Counted from the first letter of the stretch, positions 1 to 15,709 are shown. The stretch is DNA of 64,000 nucleotides from Octopus sinensis (GCF_006345805.1 NC_043004.1:56358001-56422000); one strand, 5' to 3'. Translations and numbers: made by a program. Notes: generated by a model not told the origin, from the sequence alone.

Positions 1-69
1 TTATATAAACGACCCTAACAGGGATGAAAGAAAAAGTCCATATCGGCAGAGTATATAACCAGAGAATTT

Positions 70-269
70 TGTGGGGATATTAGTTATGATAGTACACCTC
101 TCGCACGTGACGAGTGGTATGTGACAGTCGCTATAAATAAGGTGACGTCAGTCAGTATAGAAAGAGAGTACGAATTAAACGGTCATAGATAGTCGTGATC
201 TTACTTGTCTTACTAACTATGCTGCTATACCAGAAGGGACGTTATAACAATCCGACAATAAATATTACA
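70..269 (+). mobile_element. 5' LTR of Ty3/Gypsy (Mag-like) retrotransposon
   Basis: Starts TG (tgtgggg at 70) and ends CA (attaca at 269). Contains TATAAATA and AATAAA. Followed directly by a PBS-like acagaggcgacaagga and the gag start at 347. No second LTR seen in the window. Confidence 0.6.
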
Positions 270-346
270 ACAGAGGCGACAAGGAATTGACAAACTTACA
301 AACGTTTGTGTTTTGGGTGAACCGTACGGAAAAATATCGTAAAATT

Positions 347-2431
347 ATGGAAAAGTTGTTGGCCGGTTTACTAGAGTTCCAAAAACAGTAGCAACAGCCA
401 TTGAAAGCAGCTACAACGTCAAAAACAACAACGTAAGCAACAACAACAACAACAACAGAATTAACAATTTCAAAAACAACTGAAAGAAGAAAAACTGCAG
501 AAGCAACAACAATTACTAATACAGCTACAAAAGCTGCAATTGATGAATAGTAAGACGTCAGGAAATGCTGCAAAAATGTTCTCGCCAGATTATGTCGCGA
601 GCTCAATAAGTTGAAGCACCAACCAGATGAAAGAGTTACCTTCGATGTTTACTACAGAAGATACGAACAGATTTTCAATAAAGGGTGTAAAGATTTGAAC
701 GACGATATGAAAACGTGTTTTATCTTAGGAAAACTGGCAGCAGAAGAACATGAGTTTTACAGTAATTAGGTACTCCCGGGAAAACCTTGTGAAATAAACA
801 TTAAACTTATAATAGACATATTGTTAAGATTTTAGTGAGAACAGCTCGCTGTTCAGTACACGTTGAAAATGTTTGAACCTAGAATAGAACATCGCATATG
901 CTGGTAGATTTAACAGAGAATGTGAAAAGTCCCAGGTGGATGAATTAACGCCAGATATGTTCAAATGCCTGATATTTACTCAGGGATTAACAGCAGAGAA
1001 AGACGCAGAAGTAAGAACAAGAATTCTCGCTAATCTGGAACAAAAGTAAGCTTTAACCTTACAGCATGTGCCAGAAGAGTGTGAAAGGATAGTAGATTTA
1101 AGACACGTCACAGAGAAAATATTGAACATGAAGATTGATCCCAAGTGAAACAAGTACAAAATAAACAGCACCGAAATCAAGTGTGTACGAAAATACAAGA
1201 AGCAGGAAAAAAAAAATGTTTTGCATATGGAATTCTACAGCTGGGGAAAAACCGTCCATTTAACAAAGCCGAATACTTCTGTTGTGGAAAATAGGACTCA
1301 TAAAAAGGCACTGTAAAACCAAGATGACAAAACGTTGGAATAAAGAAAAAAGAATAAACAGTATGTCGTCAAAAGAAAATGCTAATTTAACAAATAGAAA
1401 ATTCGTAAATGTGAAAATTAAAAAGTTGGACACTGGAAGTGATATTATCGTTGTGAACGAAAAAAGCTAGGAAGTGTATCGGCAAGACGAATTTTACTAA
1501 ATCTACAAGAGTAGAGCATGGTTTTACGGATCAAATATTTTTATATTTTGTCGGTGAATTTGTGTGTAATGTCACAACCCGGGACCAACTGTAAACGGCA
1601 AAAATATGTGTTAAAAAAACTCAGGTAATCTATTCGGCACATAGTGGATTTTTCTATACAAATTGTGGAATACGCTCGTATTTTGCATGTGAATATAGTC
1701 GGTTCAATTGAAGGTTCGAATGAGGCTGAAAAACTGAAGCACAAAGTAAAATATTTATATCCAGATGTTTAATCGGAGTAACTGGTCTGGTGCACGAAAT
1801 CAAAGACCACGTAAACAAAGAAATTATAAGACTTGAAAGCCTAGGAATAATCGAGAAGACGGACCTCTCAGACAGGGCAGCACCTACAGTCTACGTAAGA
1901 AAGAAAAACATAACAAGAGTTTGTACAGGTTTTTGAACAGGTTTGAATGATTGCTTAATCTCACATAACTACCCATTGCTGAGTCCTGAGGAAGTGTTTG
2001 CAAAACTGAATGGAGGGAAAGTCTTCTCAAAACTAGAATTCTCGAAAGCATATCTACAAATCCAAGTAGAAGAAGACGAACACTCACATTTATTAACCAT
2101 CAATAAATACCGTGGCCTATTTAAATTTAAGCAGTTTCTCTTCGGTGTAAAAGTGGCTCTTTCCATAGTTCAGCAAATAATGGATACAATGCTAGGTGGC
2201 TGTGATTTTGCTATCATCTATTTAGACGATATCCCAATAAAAAGTGAATCGCATGAACAATATGCTGAAACCGATAAAAGGGTATTCGAGAAGATTAGGA
2301 AATACGGTTTCAAGTTAACGGAAGAAGAATGCGAGTTTTCCATGAAAAAAATTAAATACTTGGGCCAGATAATCGATAAAAATGGACGGAAGCTAGATCC
2401 AACCAGAGCAACTGCAATAAAAAATACGTGA
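347..2431 (+). pseudogene. Decayed Ty3/Gypsy gag-pol (gag, protease, RT), 3'-truncated after RT
   Basis: Gag-like peptides with stops (MEKLLAGLLEFQ; TFDVYYRRYEQIF..LGKL; GLTAEKDAEVRTRIL). Protease LDTGSD at ~1425-1445. RT ORF 1943-2431 with FSKLEFSKAYLQ, FGVK and YLDD. Many stops and frameshifts; no RNase H or integrase visible. Confidence 0.9.
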
Positions 2432-4297
2432 CTATGCTATAAGCATTCTTGCGTTTAGTAAATTATTATCAAATGCGTATACAAGAGACACATGAACCAA
2501 CTGAAATGAAGATTCGTTGAGAGCGAACCCAAGAAAATGGAAAAACCAGTGGAATGGTTCCTTTTTACCACAATCATTTAAACCACATAAATGAACGTTT
2601 ATCTCGTAGATTTTGCTTGCATGCTTACTAGGCTTGTCCTGTGTTGAAAACACCATTTTATGGAAAACATTTCATGATTTCCTTTCGTAAGTATGTGACT
2701 GGCTTTCTAATTTGCAGCTGACCATAAAACCTTTATTTTCCTGGAGACGCATCTCGAGCTAAAAGTACTGAGGCAGCAGCTTTAGCTAAATCATAAACAC
2801 GTGCACACTGTATAAACAAACAAGCATAAGACAATTAGACAATCCCCCAGTTACACATCTACTATCCGCCAACATTTTAATAAGAAATTTTTGCCTAGAT
2901 ATAGCAGGAGTAATATCCCTGATCAATACTGTCTCTTTGAATCACATTATCCCTAGTTAACGTCGATGTTGTATTTGCGACTGATGAAAGACCCATAATT
3001 AGGTATGTATTAAATAACTGTTTTCAAAGATGAATTTTGAAACCAAAGATAAGCTTAACAAGACTATATTAATAAGAGTATTCAGCTGTATTGTCTATGT
3101 AGGGTGCCCTTCTTTCACTCCTGACCTACGTGCACTTTCGGTACTACACACACACACACACATAAACACACGCACAGATATAACTAATGTCTATCGGTCT
3201 ATACCTTAGCTCGCTAAATTTTTCTCTCTGTCTTACATATAACTAGCGATACTTAACTCCGCCACCCCTTCTTTGCTGCTCCTTTCACATGTTTTTTATT
3301 ATATCCAATATAAAACAGTTGCTATTTCACAAATAACTTTTTGCTTGGCTTCTTAAGCCTGCTGCGCATGGTCCATCTAGATACAAATCCATGTTTCTGC
3401 ATCGTAGTTGAAAGTAGAGTATGCTGTTACCTTCGCGCCCCACACTCTTTCCAACGTTAGTGACACTCACAACACTTTCTTACCACACGACCATTTCATA
3501 TGGCCATCTTAGCTCAGTACCAATACGAGATTGGCAATGGGAATTAGTCGCAAGTATTTATAAAAGGTTTCGTAATATGAGCTTGAGTTATGCTATAAAA
3601 TATCTTAATTACTGCAATATATCACGAAACCTCAAACTTCTTTTCAAAATCTATTTATACGCTTCGATCCATAACATTCATCTACAGTCACACATGTTCC
3701 GATTCTCTTCCTACCAGAGCATATATTTTAAATTTAGTGAAGTAGTAATGATGTTAAAACCTGGGTTATATTCACCGGAGTAACTTGTCAAAGACGATTT
3801 CCCCACTGCCGAAGTACGCTTCAACGATGCCGCTAGTACAGCATTGAAATAATTTTCAATTAGCTGCAGAAGAATGCTGAGTTCTGACCAAGCATAATGA
3901 TTATTAAACCATTAATCTTCTCTAGATTCTCCAGTTTCATTGTATCACATGCAGCTGTTTCTCATGCCATTGATTGTGCAGCGATTTCTAACGCCTCTCT
4001 TTCACATGTACAAATGGTTATAAATTTTAAGCTGTTTATAATATGTAGGAAAAAGTTCCTTCCGCTAGTCTCATAGGGCCGGTTTCTCGGTTTCAATGGT
4101 GTATATATTCCCCAACTGGACATGACGCTGGTATATCGCAGGATTACTCATTTTTCTAGCTGAGTGGACTGGAGCAACGGAAATTTTTTTCAGAATGAGA
4201 TAAAAAAAACCATGAGCGCGCTGTTCCGTTGATCGGATCAACTAGAACCCTTTTCGTAACCAGCGGAGTACCAGTTAATATATATATATACATCTAC

Positions 4298-5210
<913 letters not shown>

Positions 5211-5652
5211 TATTTATCTTGTATTCCATGTATCATCTTCAAAAATCAAAAATATCTAATCCCTACAATGCCGTGCATCACTTTATGTCAGATTCAAATT
5301 GTGCTTATGAAATTTAAGTTACAATTACAAACAAACGCATCTCACGTGCATGATTAAACAGTTATAGAATCATATTTATATAAATAGAAATATGTATCGT
5401 AATTGGTTTCCAAGACTCATGATTTGAATTCGTGTGTCGAAACAAATTTTGTTGGGTCTTCGGAGGATAATTACTCTCATTAGTTTAACATCACTTCATT
5501 ATTGTGAGACAATTTGCAACATAAGCGAATGGTTTATTATTATTATTATTATTGGCGTGGTTTATTATTATTATTATTGGAGTAATAACTCCACTACGAC
5601 ACAAGATACATATCAATATATATTTATACAAATACATGTATACATTTACTAT

Positions 5653-5851
5653 TTTACTGTTTAACTCGTTTCAGTCATTTGACTGTGGCCATGCTGGAAC
5701 ACCGCCTTTTAGTCAAGCAAATCGACCCCGGGACTTATTCTTTGTAAGCCTGGTACTTATTCTATCGGTCTCTTTTGCTAAGTTACGGAGACGTAAACAC
5801 ACCAGCATCACAAACATATACTACGCACACACAATACACACACCACACATA

Positions 5852-5919
<68 letters not shown>

Positions 5920-6087
5920 CATAAATACGACGGGCTTCTTTCAGTTTCCGTCTGCCAAACCCACTCACAAGGCTTAGGTTGGTCCGAAGCTATAGTAGAA
6001 GACACTTGCCCAAGGTGCCATGCAGTAGAACTGAACCCGGAACCATGTGGTTGCTAGCAAGCTACATACCACGCCGCCACTCCTACG

Positions 6088-6089
<2 letters not shown>
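5653..6089 (-). mobile_element. tRNA-derived SINE, family 1
   Basis: Same head, body and tail as copies at 8974, 16670, 22020 and 30086 (A/B-box-like head, internal CA/TA microsatellite, ..aaatgactgaaac tail). Confidence 0.9.
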
Positions 6090-6153
<64 letters not shown>

Positions 6154-6834
6154 ACACACGTGCATATGCAAAAACATGAAGACACAGATCTAGATAGTGC
6201 TCCAGAATACGTACGCACACGTACACATATACCCCACACACAAATACATACACACACTCACAGATATGTACTGTTTGCTATGCTTGCTTGAGTGTATGTT
6301 TGTATGTATTTTTATGCTTGTTTAGTTTAAAAACTTTTACAAGTAAATATTAAACTTGCTTCATTTGAGATGATCAATTTATCTAACAAACTAAGCAGAG
6401 ACTTAATTAATTTCGTACTAAATTAACTTTACCTATTGTGATGTTTTATGGGTGGTTTTCTGTTCGTAATTGTTTATTTTTAATCTTACATTTATATATA
6501 TTTATGTTTTAATATTATATTAACTCTGTCGTGTTACCCGCACCGTTTGTAATTAAAATGTATTGCATGTGTCTGAACATTTGTAAAACAATATGATCTC
6601 CTGTTTGCAATAATAGTTGTGTGTATGCTTCGTATGCATGTATGTATATACGTATGCATGTTTGTATGTATGTATGTACGTACGCATGTATGTATTTATA
6701 TATGTGTGCATATATGTACGGCACGTATGTATATATACATATATATCACTATGCATGGTATGTATGGATATACGTCTGTGTATCTGCATCGATATGATTT
6801 GTATTTTTATGTGTGTATCAAATGTATATTCTTC

Positions 6835-6997
<163 letters not shown>

Positions 6998-7049
6998 GGA
7001 TAAACGTATGTGTATGTCTCGTGTGTATACGTTCGTGTGTGTCTGTATT

Positions 7050-9184
7050 TGTTTGTCATAACATTTTGGTTTTCATGTTAGATTTATTGGTTCAATTACT
7101 GTCACACAGTGCATACAGTAATTGTCTGGGGGAGTTATCCCTATGGGGCGGAGTTATCCCTAAACGACTTATAATTAACTGCAAGCTTTTAGAAAACTTT
7201 TTTCTGTTTTCATGTGCTTCATGTCTTAGTACTTTGGAGATTCACGGTAGATCAATCAAATTTACTATTTCAAATTCTGAACTGCAGAAATATATTTCGA
7301 GATTTGAAGTCCTTATAGCATTGCATGAAAGGGTCAAGAGAAATTCTTTTGCTGTTTTATTGCAAGTTTTTTAGTGAATGTTTTTAGTTGCCATTGGTTG
7401 GCAATGACTGTCATGATCGTTTTAGACGTTTATTTCTATGTCTTTTGTTATGGAGTGGCTTTCTTTTCTGACTTTGAGGATCCAAATGTATTTTGAAAGG
7501 GATGTAGCGTTGTACATTCTTCTGCCTAAATGAATCTGTCTAGTATACGACTTTAATTTAAATGGTTTTTTCAGTTACTCAGTGCACGCTTTCATCAATA
7601 GTCTATCGATCCTATACCTGCACTGAATAGCAATTCTTCTGACTCCTGTTTTCTATTTGAAGGACACTTGGACATTTTGGGGGAAGCTGAACTCCGGTTA
7701 TGTTGTTTACGTGATGTTTATAATGTTTTAGTTGTGATTAAATATATGTAATCCAATGTTATTCCTGGAAGTGTAACTGGCCTTAACAGAATTTGCCTTG
7801 AAGACTTAAGAAAGCTCAAAAGAAAGAAATATTTGTGCTCAAAAGAAATAAACTTAACAAAAGTTGTTTAATTACTTCATTAAGCTATAAGGAAAGTTAC
7901 AAGTGAATATAACTTCATATAGGTTACTATATTTATATAATTCAGCTTGGAAAATGATTCACCTCTGTAATGTAGTGTTTGGCAGTATTGATATATATTT
8001 CCAACTTGTTTCGAGTTTGGATATACCCGTGATATGTTGTTTAAACCTGAGAGAATGGTTGGAGTCTCCAATACTGTATATTTTCCTTTCTTGGATCTAT
8101 TGTACAGGGGTCTAAGTTTAACGTTGCATTTTGGAAAATATGAATATTCAGTTCGGTGAAGTTCACTAAACATGCCGATAAGAGTTTCTTTTTCAGTTTG
8201 TCGGAGTAATTTCTCTTCAGACTATGAGTTATAGCAAGTATGTTCTCTCTGAAAAATCCTGTTTCTGCATTTCAGAGTATATACGATGTAAAATCAAACC
8301 AAACTCGAATTTTCTGTTCTATAGAAAAAATATTTACATATTTCATAAGAGGAATTCAGGAGGTTCTGTTATAAAACTACTAAGTTGGTCATAAGAATTT
8401 ATAAATTTTCGACAGGACCTAGAATAATTCTGTTTTAAAATTGTATCTGGAAATACATACAAAGCTATGAATAATAGTATGTATATATTCGGTAGAGAAT
8501 ATATTTTAGGCAGAAAAAAATCAAAGGCTGCCCATGGAACCGTTCGACGTCTCTATCCAAAAGCGTTTTTCTGCCTAATATTTATATGTTATTATTTATA
8601 GCTGTATAAGTCCGTGGATAAACAATGCAGAAAGAGAAGATATAATTAGGTTATTGCATTCACTAATTCGCTAATTTAGTTATTGCATATTGATATCCGT
8701 GCATATAAATATATTGCATGTTCCATTGCTCCTACTTATTATGCTTTCGTGAGAAAACCATTAGAATTGAACGATTAGGATTCTGGAATATGGGACTCGA
8801 TAATCTGGAGTTGGATATATCAGGGATATTGTTAATCTACATTGAAGTAGTGTTGTTGCATTTGCCTCGACTAAATATTTTTTGGCATTTGTAGTATCTA
8901 AAATGATCTGATGAATAGAGTTAGTTTACTTATTAGAAAATAAAATCTAAACATCCGATTGGCCATGGAATACTCTTTTACTTGTTTCAGTCATTTGACT
9001 ATGGCCATGCTGGAGCACCACCTTTTAGTCGAGCAAATCGACCCCAGGATTTAGTCTTTGTAAGCCTAGTACTTATTCTATCGGTCTCTTTTGCCGAACC
9101 GCAAAGTTACGGGGCCGTAAACATACCAGCATCGATTGTCAAGCGATGTTGGGGGGGGGGACAAACACAGATACACAAACATAT

Positions 9185-9217
<33 letters not shown>

Positions 9218-9560
9218 CGACGGGCTTCTTTCAGTTTCCGTCTACCAAATCCACTCACAAGGCTTTGGTCGGCCCGAGGCTATAGTAGAAGACACTTGCC
9301 CAAGGTGCCACACAGTGGAACTGAACCCGGAACCATGTGGTTCGTAAGCAAGCTACTTACCACACAGCCACTCCTACACCTAGAAAATAAAGTCTAAACA
9401 TCCGATTGGCCATGGAATACGTTGGTGATCTTTGAAAGTTACGTAAGATTTGTGGTATTAAACCTTCCCAAAGGATCTGATGAAAATTCTAATAAATCAT
9501 TGATTATACCCGATATAGTTTAAAAGTAATCATTTGTAAATACACCGGTCCCCCTCTTGC
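7050..9560 (-). mobile_element. Heavily decayed Penelope-like element (RT + GIY-YIG), interrupted by a SINE
   Basis: Minus-strand peptide remnants: YVTFKDHQ (across the SINE site), MGS near 8530, NATSLSKYIWILK near 7500 (GIY-YIG C-terminal region). Many stops. The motifs differ from the PLE at 48.7 kb. Confidence 0.6.
8974..9380 (-). mobile_element. tRNA-derived SINE, family 1, full length, with 40-bp target-site duplication
   Basis: TSD tagaaaataaa(a/g)tctaaacatccgattggccatggaatac at 8934-8973 and 9381-9420. Confidence 0.92.
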
Positions 9561-10051
9561 AAGTGTTGTTTTTGTTTGTTACACGTATATATGAACGGAA
9601 TATCACGCAGTAAAGGTTGTAGGAATAGTAAATGTATTGATGTGAATATTCAGTTCTCTCTCTTTTCTCACTCTCTCCCACTTTCCTCACTCCCTCTCTC
9701 ACTCGCTTTCTCTCTCTCTCTCTCTCTTTATATATGAGATGGCACCCATATAATACATACGCTCTCACACATTTAACACACACACAAACACATATATATA
9801 TATGTGTGTATGTATGCATGTATGTATGCGTGCGTGTGTTTTGTGTCTATATATACATATATGTGTGTGTTTGTGTATATATCTGCACATACATACATGC
9901 CTCTCCCCCATATATATATATATATATATATACATACATACATACACACACATGCATATATAAACACATACATACATATGTTTAAGTGTGTATACATATA
10001 TATATTACGTACTAGTATTATTCACAGTGAAGCTATATATATGTACGTGTG

Positions 10052-10557
<506 letters not shown>

Positions 10558-11338
10558 CATTTTAGTAGAAAGAATAGCTATAACTCTTTGACTGCTATTT
10601 CTAAATTCGGTGTGTGGTGAGGCAATTCGTTGCTAAACCCTTAATTACTTAGTATTACTTAAACTTTCCTCGAATGAGGCTTTTACATGCCGAGATCTAC
10701 TTGGTGTAATTAATGATTATTCCAAATTAATTAATTTCACCCTATATTGTTACTGATAACCATATTTCATCCCAGTAAATGACCACAGCATCTTGTCTTG
10801 GCTACACGCGGGTGGGAAGGGGTTGGTGACACAAACTTTCATTCACACTTTGAATTTGGTGATACTGGTAACGGCTTTAGCTCGCTCTGATACTGAGTTG
10901 AGATGATGCCTTCTAGTATCTCGAAATTTAATATACAATTATTCATAATTGTAGTGTCCTACGCTGATGAGAAAAGAAGTTGGGTAAGACATGATTATCT
11001 AATTCTTATGCTTTCCTAAAACTTAATTTCGAAACGTACGTCCGTAGGTGACTTAAAAGTGTATGATAGATTGCCGTCATTTCATTCTCTCTTACCTGTC
11101 TGTGTTTGCCTTTCAAGTGCTGTGTTTTTACTGGGATCTCCATTTTAGTAGAAATAATAGCTATAACTATTTGACTGCTATTTCTAAATTCGGTGTGTGG
11201 TGAGGCAATTCGTTGCTAAACCCTTAATTACTTAGTATTACTTAAACTTTCTTCGAATGAGGCTTTTACATGCCGAGATCTACTTGGTGTAATTAATGAT
11301 TATTCCAAATTAATTAATTTCACCCTATATTGTTACTG
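10558..11338 (+). mobile_element. Retrozyme/PLE pseudo-LTR-like non-coding element (1.34 copies of a 583-nt unit)
   Basis: 198-bp direct repeats at 10558-10755 and 11141-11338 (about 3 mismatches). Canonical HHR in the unique part. (TA)n on both sides. Confidence 0.8.
10958..11048 (+). ncRNA. Type I hammerhead ribozyme motif (fully canonical)
   Basis: CCTACG-CTGATGA-GAAA...TTTC-GAAA-CGTACG-TC/CGTAGG. 6-bp helix I, palindromic helix III ACGTACGT, GUC triplet. Predicted cut after 11042. Confidence 0.85.
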
Positions 11339-11410
<72 letters not shown>

Positions 11411-11537
11411 TATACATACACACGTACATATATATATAGCTTCACTGTGAATAATACTAGTACGTAATATATATATATGTATACACACATAAACATATGT
11501 ATGTATGTGTTTATATATGCATGTGTGTGTATGTATG

Positions 11538-11578
<41 letters not shown>

Positions 11579-12306
11579 GGGAGAGGCATGTATGTATGTG
11601 CAGATATATACACAAACACACACATATATGTATATATAGACACAAAACACACGCACGCATACATACATGCATACATACACACATATATATATGTGTTTGT
11701 GTGTGTGTGTTAAATGTGTGAGAGCGTATGTATTATATGGGTGCCATCTCATATATATTGATCACTGCTTTCTGAATGATACTGCATAAAGAAAAGTCGT
11801 CTAACCTAGCACACCAATCTATACTTTCCACAACGGAAGTCGAAAGAAGTAATATGAAATTATAAAAATAATAAGCAAAAGAACAGAATGAACGTCAATT
11901 AAAATTATTTATGAGTCTTTCTTTGCCATTAATATTCCATTTGAGATTTGCTATAAATCAGCAAGATGGTAACACAATAAGAAGGCCAAGAGAGGCTAGT
12001 GTCGATAAGAAAATTGACACTTTACTCTAGGGTAAAAATAAAAAGAAAGAAAAAGAAAGCTCTTTCTAATAAACAATATATAATATCGCAATAAACAATA
12101 AAGTGATTATTAAAACCAACTGAAATCTAGACATATGTCCGTCGTTAAATCATCGGTCAGCGAAGATCTTATTTAATTTGTGCTTACTTATCTCTAATAT
12201 GTTAAAATCGATTGTAAGCAAGCATTGCTTGGTAAATGAACTGAGAAAAATCACATTCCTACACATATCCTCTAGTGATGTGACGGCTGGCTGCTACTGC
12301 TGCTAT

Positions 12307-12354
<48 letters not shown>

Positions 12355-12599
12355 AGCTGCTGCTGATCATGCTGCCACCGCCGTTGCTTCTTCTTCTTCT
12401 TCTAATCAGGACTCACGCCATTAGCCACAAAGAATATTCTCTAATTCAAGCCTATTCTAAGCTACTAAGAATGCGTATGGCGAATGCTACGTTGTTATCC
12501 TCATTCCGTAAACGGTGGCTTTTAACGGGTGGCGAGCTGAAACATCCTGGGGTACAGAGGATTCGCAATCTAGACTAGGGTCTGAAAGTATACCACACC

Positions 12600-12825
12600 A
12601 TAGTGAGTTACACCATGGTCCCTCTGCATTGTGACAGAAGTAGGAAGAAAGAGTGAGAGAAAGTGAGAGAAAGAGTGCACCGAGGTTCACCCCCCCCCGT
12701 CGGAACCACGTGGAGCTTAGGCCTTTTTGCTCAATAAACACTCACAATGTCCGGTCTGTGAATCGAAACCGCGTTCTTACGACCGCGAGTCCGCTGCCCT
12801 AACCACTGGGCCATTGCGCCTCCAC
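12600..12825 (-). mobile_element. tRNA-derived SINE, family 3
   Basis: The reverse complement head gtggaggcgcaatggcccagtggttagggcagcggactcgcggtc matches the copy at 40661. Confidence 0.75.
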
Positions 12826-13321
12826 TCCGCCGTTGCTGCTGCTTCTGGTGCTATGACTATCGTCTATATTCCTATGCATCGGAAAGGAAAATAAAATATA
12901 GTAATCAGGATAATGTGCTAAAAAGTCGAAGCGCAAGAAAAGGTGCAGATATATAAGAAAACCAGCAGGAAAATAATCCTGACTGATCGAGAGTGTGGCT
13001 CTGAATTGGAGGGGGAAAACAGAATTTGTTGGTGGCTACTCAAGATAAAGCTTCAATCACTAGTTCTGTGAGCAATGCTATTTAATCCTCCACTAAAATA
13101 AATCAAATCTGTCTACGTCGTCAGTGAGTAGAAAATAGTGGAAAAAGTGTAATGAGGTACAAAATGTTATCTCAAAGAATACAAATATTTGGTTTCTGTT
13201 GTTATTCTTTATCCCCTGTCAAACCCTGGCAAACCTCATCCTCTTTATGACGAAAGAAATTCTAACCCTAATCACCCCCATCTTATATCAGACTAGTTGT
13301 TTGATATTCTTTTATTTTGAT

Positions 13322-13757
13322 TTTAATTGTTTCAATGATTTGACTGCGGCAATGCGGGCACTCCTCCCATGAAGGGTTATAATCGAAAAGTTGACCTCAG
13401 GACTTAATTTTTAAGCCTAGGACTTATTCTGTTGGCCTCTTTTGTGGAAGTTATAGGGACGTAAACACACAAACACCCGTTGTCAAGTGGTGATAGAAGG
13501 TCAAACACAGACACAAAGACACGCACAGAGACACAAAAACACACGCAGACACACACACATACACACGCACATACACACATACAAACGCACACACACATAT
13601 ACGAGAGGCTTCATCAGTTTCCGTCTCCTAAATCCACTCACAAAGTTTTAGTCGGCCCGAGGTTATAGTAGAAGACATTATCCCTAGATGCCAAGCAGTG
13701 GGACTGAACCTGGAACCTTGTCGTCGGGAAGCAAGCCACTTATCATGCAACCACGAT
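13322..13757 (-). mobile_element. Diverged SINE, family 1
   Basis: Recognisable body (aaatccactcacaa, gggactgaacc) and tail with many substitutions. Confidence 0.75.
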
Positions 13758-14394
13758 CCTTGTATTTTCAACGACTGTAGGTCGTTATTTTAGAAAGCCT
13801 TGTACGTGTGATTTTAAGGTGCTGTTTCTCGCAGTGTGTGTTTCCATTAATAGACACCCTCGTTTGTGCTGAGCTTAATTTCCTTTAGCCTATTAAAAAT
13901 CCATTCGCGAGAGAACGCCATTGTCCTTATCTATTCGGGATTGTTATAGTATTTGGTGATAATATTCCAGAGTCTTTTCAGTCATTGATCCCTTATGTGT
14001 ATTCAAAAAGTATTGTTCTATTTCGATTATTCTTTCACGGTCAACAAAATCAGAAAATCGATTTTTATTCCCACAAGAGAGTAAGCTTTACTTTATTCCA
14101 AAACTGGAGAGTCATAAATGTCACGAATTGTCTTTCATTCATTCACAAGGATATGATGTGATACTTACTTAGAAAGAAAATCTTTATTCTTATGCTTATA
14201 AAAGAGATGGTAACAGAACTGGTCGGGACTGGAGAAAATAGTTTGTGCGTGTGTTTGATACAATTAACGAAACTCAGATTTCAATTATGGCTGAGGTGAG
14301 TTTGTTGTTGATCCATACTTGGTCAACAAAATAAGAATGCATCATGTGTCATTTCACTATTTTTGTTCTACTATTGCTTTTAAATATTATGATT

Positions 14395-14575
14395 GGCTTT
14401 AAATTTTGACACAAGGCCAGCAATTTCAGAGAAGAGGGCAAGTCAATTGCATCGACCTTAGTACTAGACTGGTACTTATATTATCGACCCGGAAAGGATG
14501 ACAAGAAAAGTCAACCTCGGTGGAAATTGAACTCAGAATGTGAAGACAGACGAAAGGCTGCTAAGCGTTTTGCTT
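14395..14575 (-). mobile_element. SINE-like repeat, family 2
   Basis: Shared motif ggtacttat..atcgacccc(g)gaaaggatg..aaagtcaacctcgg also seen at 20.5, 20.7, 21.0, 53.7 and 61.5 kb. Confidence 0.7.
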
Positions 14576-14604
14576 GACACACGCACACACACACACACAC
14601 ATTT

Positions 14605-14822
14605 ATACTCTTACTCTTTACTCTTTTACTTGTTTCAGTCATTTGACTGCGGCCATGCTGGAGCACCGCCTTTAGTCGAGCAAATCAACCCCGGGACTTA
14701 TTCTTTGTAAGCCCAGTACTTATTCTATCGGTCTCTTTTTGCCGAACCGCTAAGTTACGGGGACGTAAACACACCAGCATCGGTTGTCAAGCAATGCTAG
14801 GGGGACAAACACAGACACACAA

Positions 14823-14876
<54 letters not shown>

Positions 14877-14901
14877 GGCAGGCTTCTTTCAGTTTCTATC
14901 A

Positions 14902-14976
<75 letters not shown>
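14605..14976 (-). mobile_element. 5'-truncated SINE, family 1, running into (TCTA)n
   Basis: Tail and body match other copies; the head is replaced by a TCTA microsatellite. Confidence 0.85.
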
Positions 14977-15674
14977 CAGCTATCCTATATTCCTTTACAC
15001 ACACACACACGTATGTATATATATATATATATATATAAATGTGTGTGTGCGTATGTGTGTGAGTGTATATTATAGAAATTCTTTTCATTTTCAGTAACAT
15101 TTCACCGTGTTTGGTTTAATGTTCCTTGGCGCCAAAATCGAAGGTCTTTTATCTTTAACAATAATGTTATCTCGTTACTCAGACTTTTCACAGTCGAATT
15201 AACATACAACGAATGCATTTTTCCTTGATTTTAATAGAATAAAACCATCTTTATCAATTTATTCGGCATTTTATCTCTGCCTCAATTCGCATTTTCAACA
15301 AGTGTTTGTGTGAATGGGCACGTAACATGAAAATGTGTTTTCATGTATACGTGTGTAATATAGTTGTGTATATTTCTGTATGTGTATGTATGCTTGTGTC
15401 ACTTGTATGTAGTATATATGTGTGTGTGTGTGTTTTACGTACACACGCATGTTTAGCTTACATTTGAGTGTGTTTAGGAACATAGTGGCACGTGAGTGTA
15501 GCGATTTGTATGGATGATAATGCATTCGTTCATGCGTACGTGTGCGTGCGCATACGTGTACGTGAAATTGTTATAACGTCACATCTCAGATATGTGAAGG
15601 GCCGAATAACATATACACGAATTATATCCTCGCCCATGCATGTATATATATGTCTCTTTCTCTCTCTTTCTCAC

Positions 15675-15709
<35 letters not shown>

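Noticed and set aside
2590-3010. Possible small exons ending at gtaagt (~2690) and gtatgt (~3003)
   Set aside because: Short, no homology I recognise, and no connected gene model.
2981-3060. CTGATGA...GAAA spacing resembling a hammerhead
   Set aside because: No helix I, II or III pairing could be drawn.
12369-12578. ORF with a signal-peptide-like poly-Leu and a KR site (neuropeptide-like)
   Set aside because: The Leu run comes from a (CTT)n microsatellite and the 3' part abuts or overlaps a SINE. No other support.
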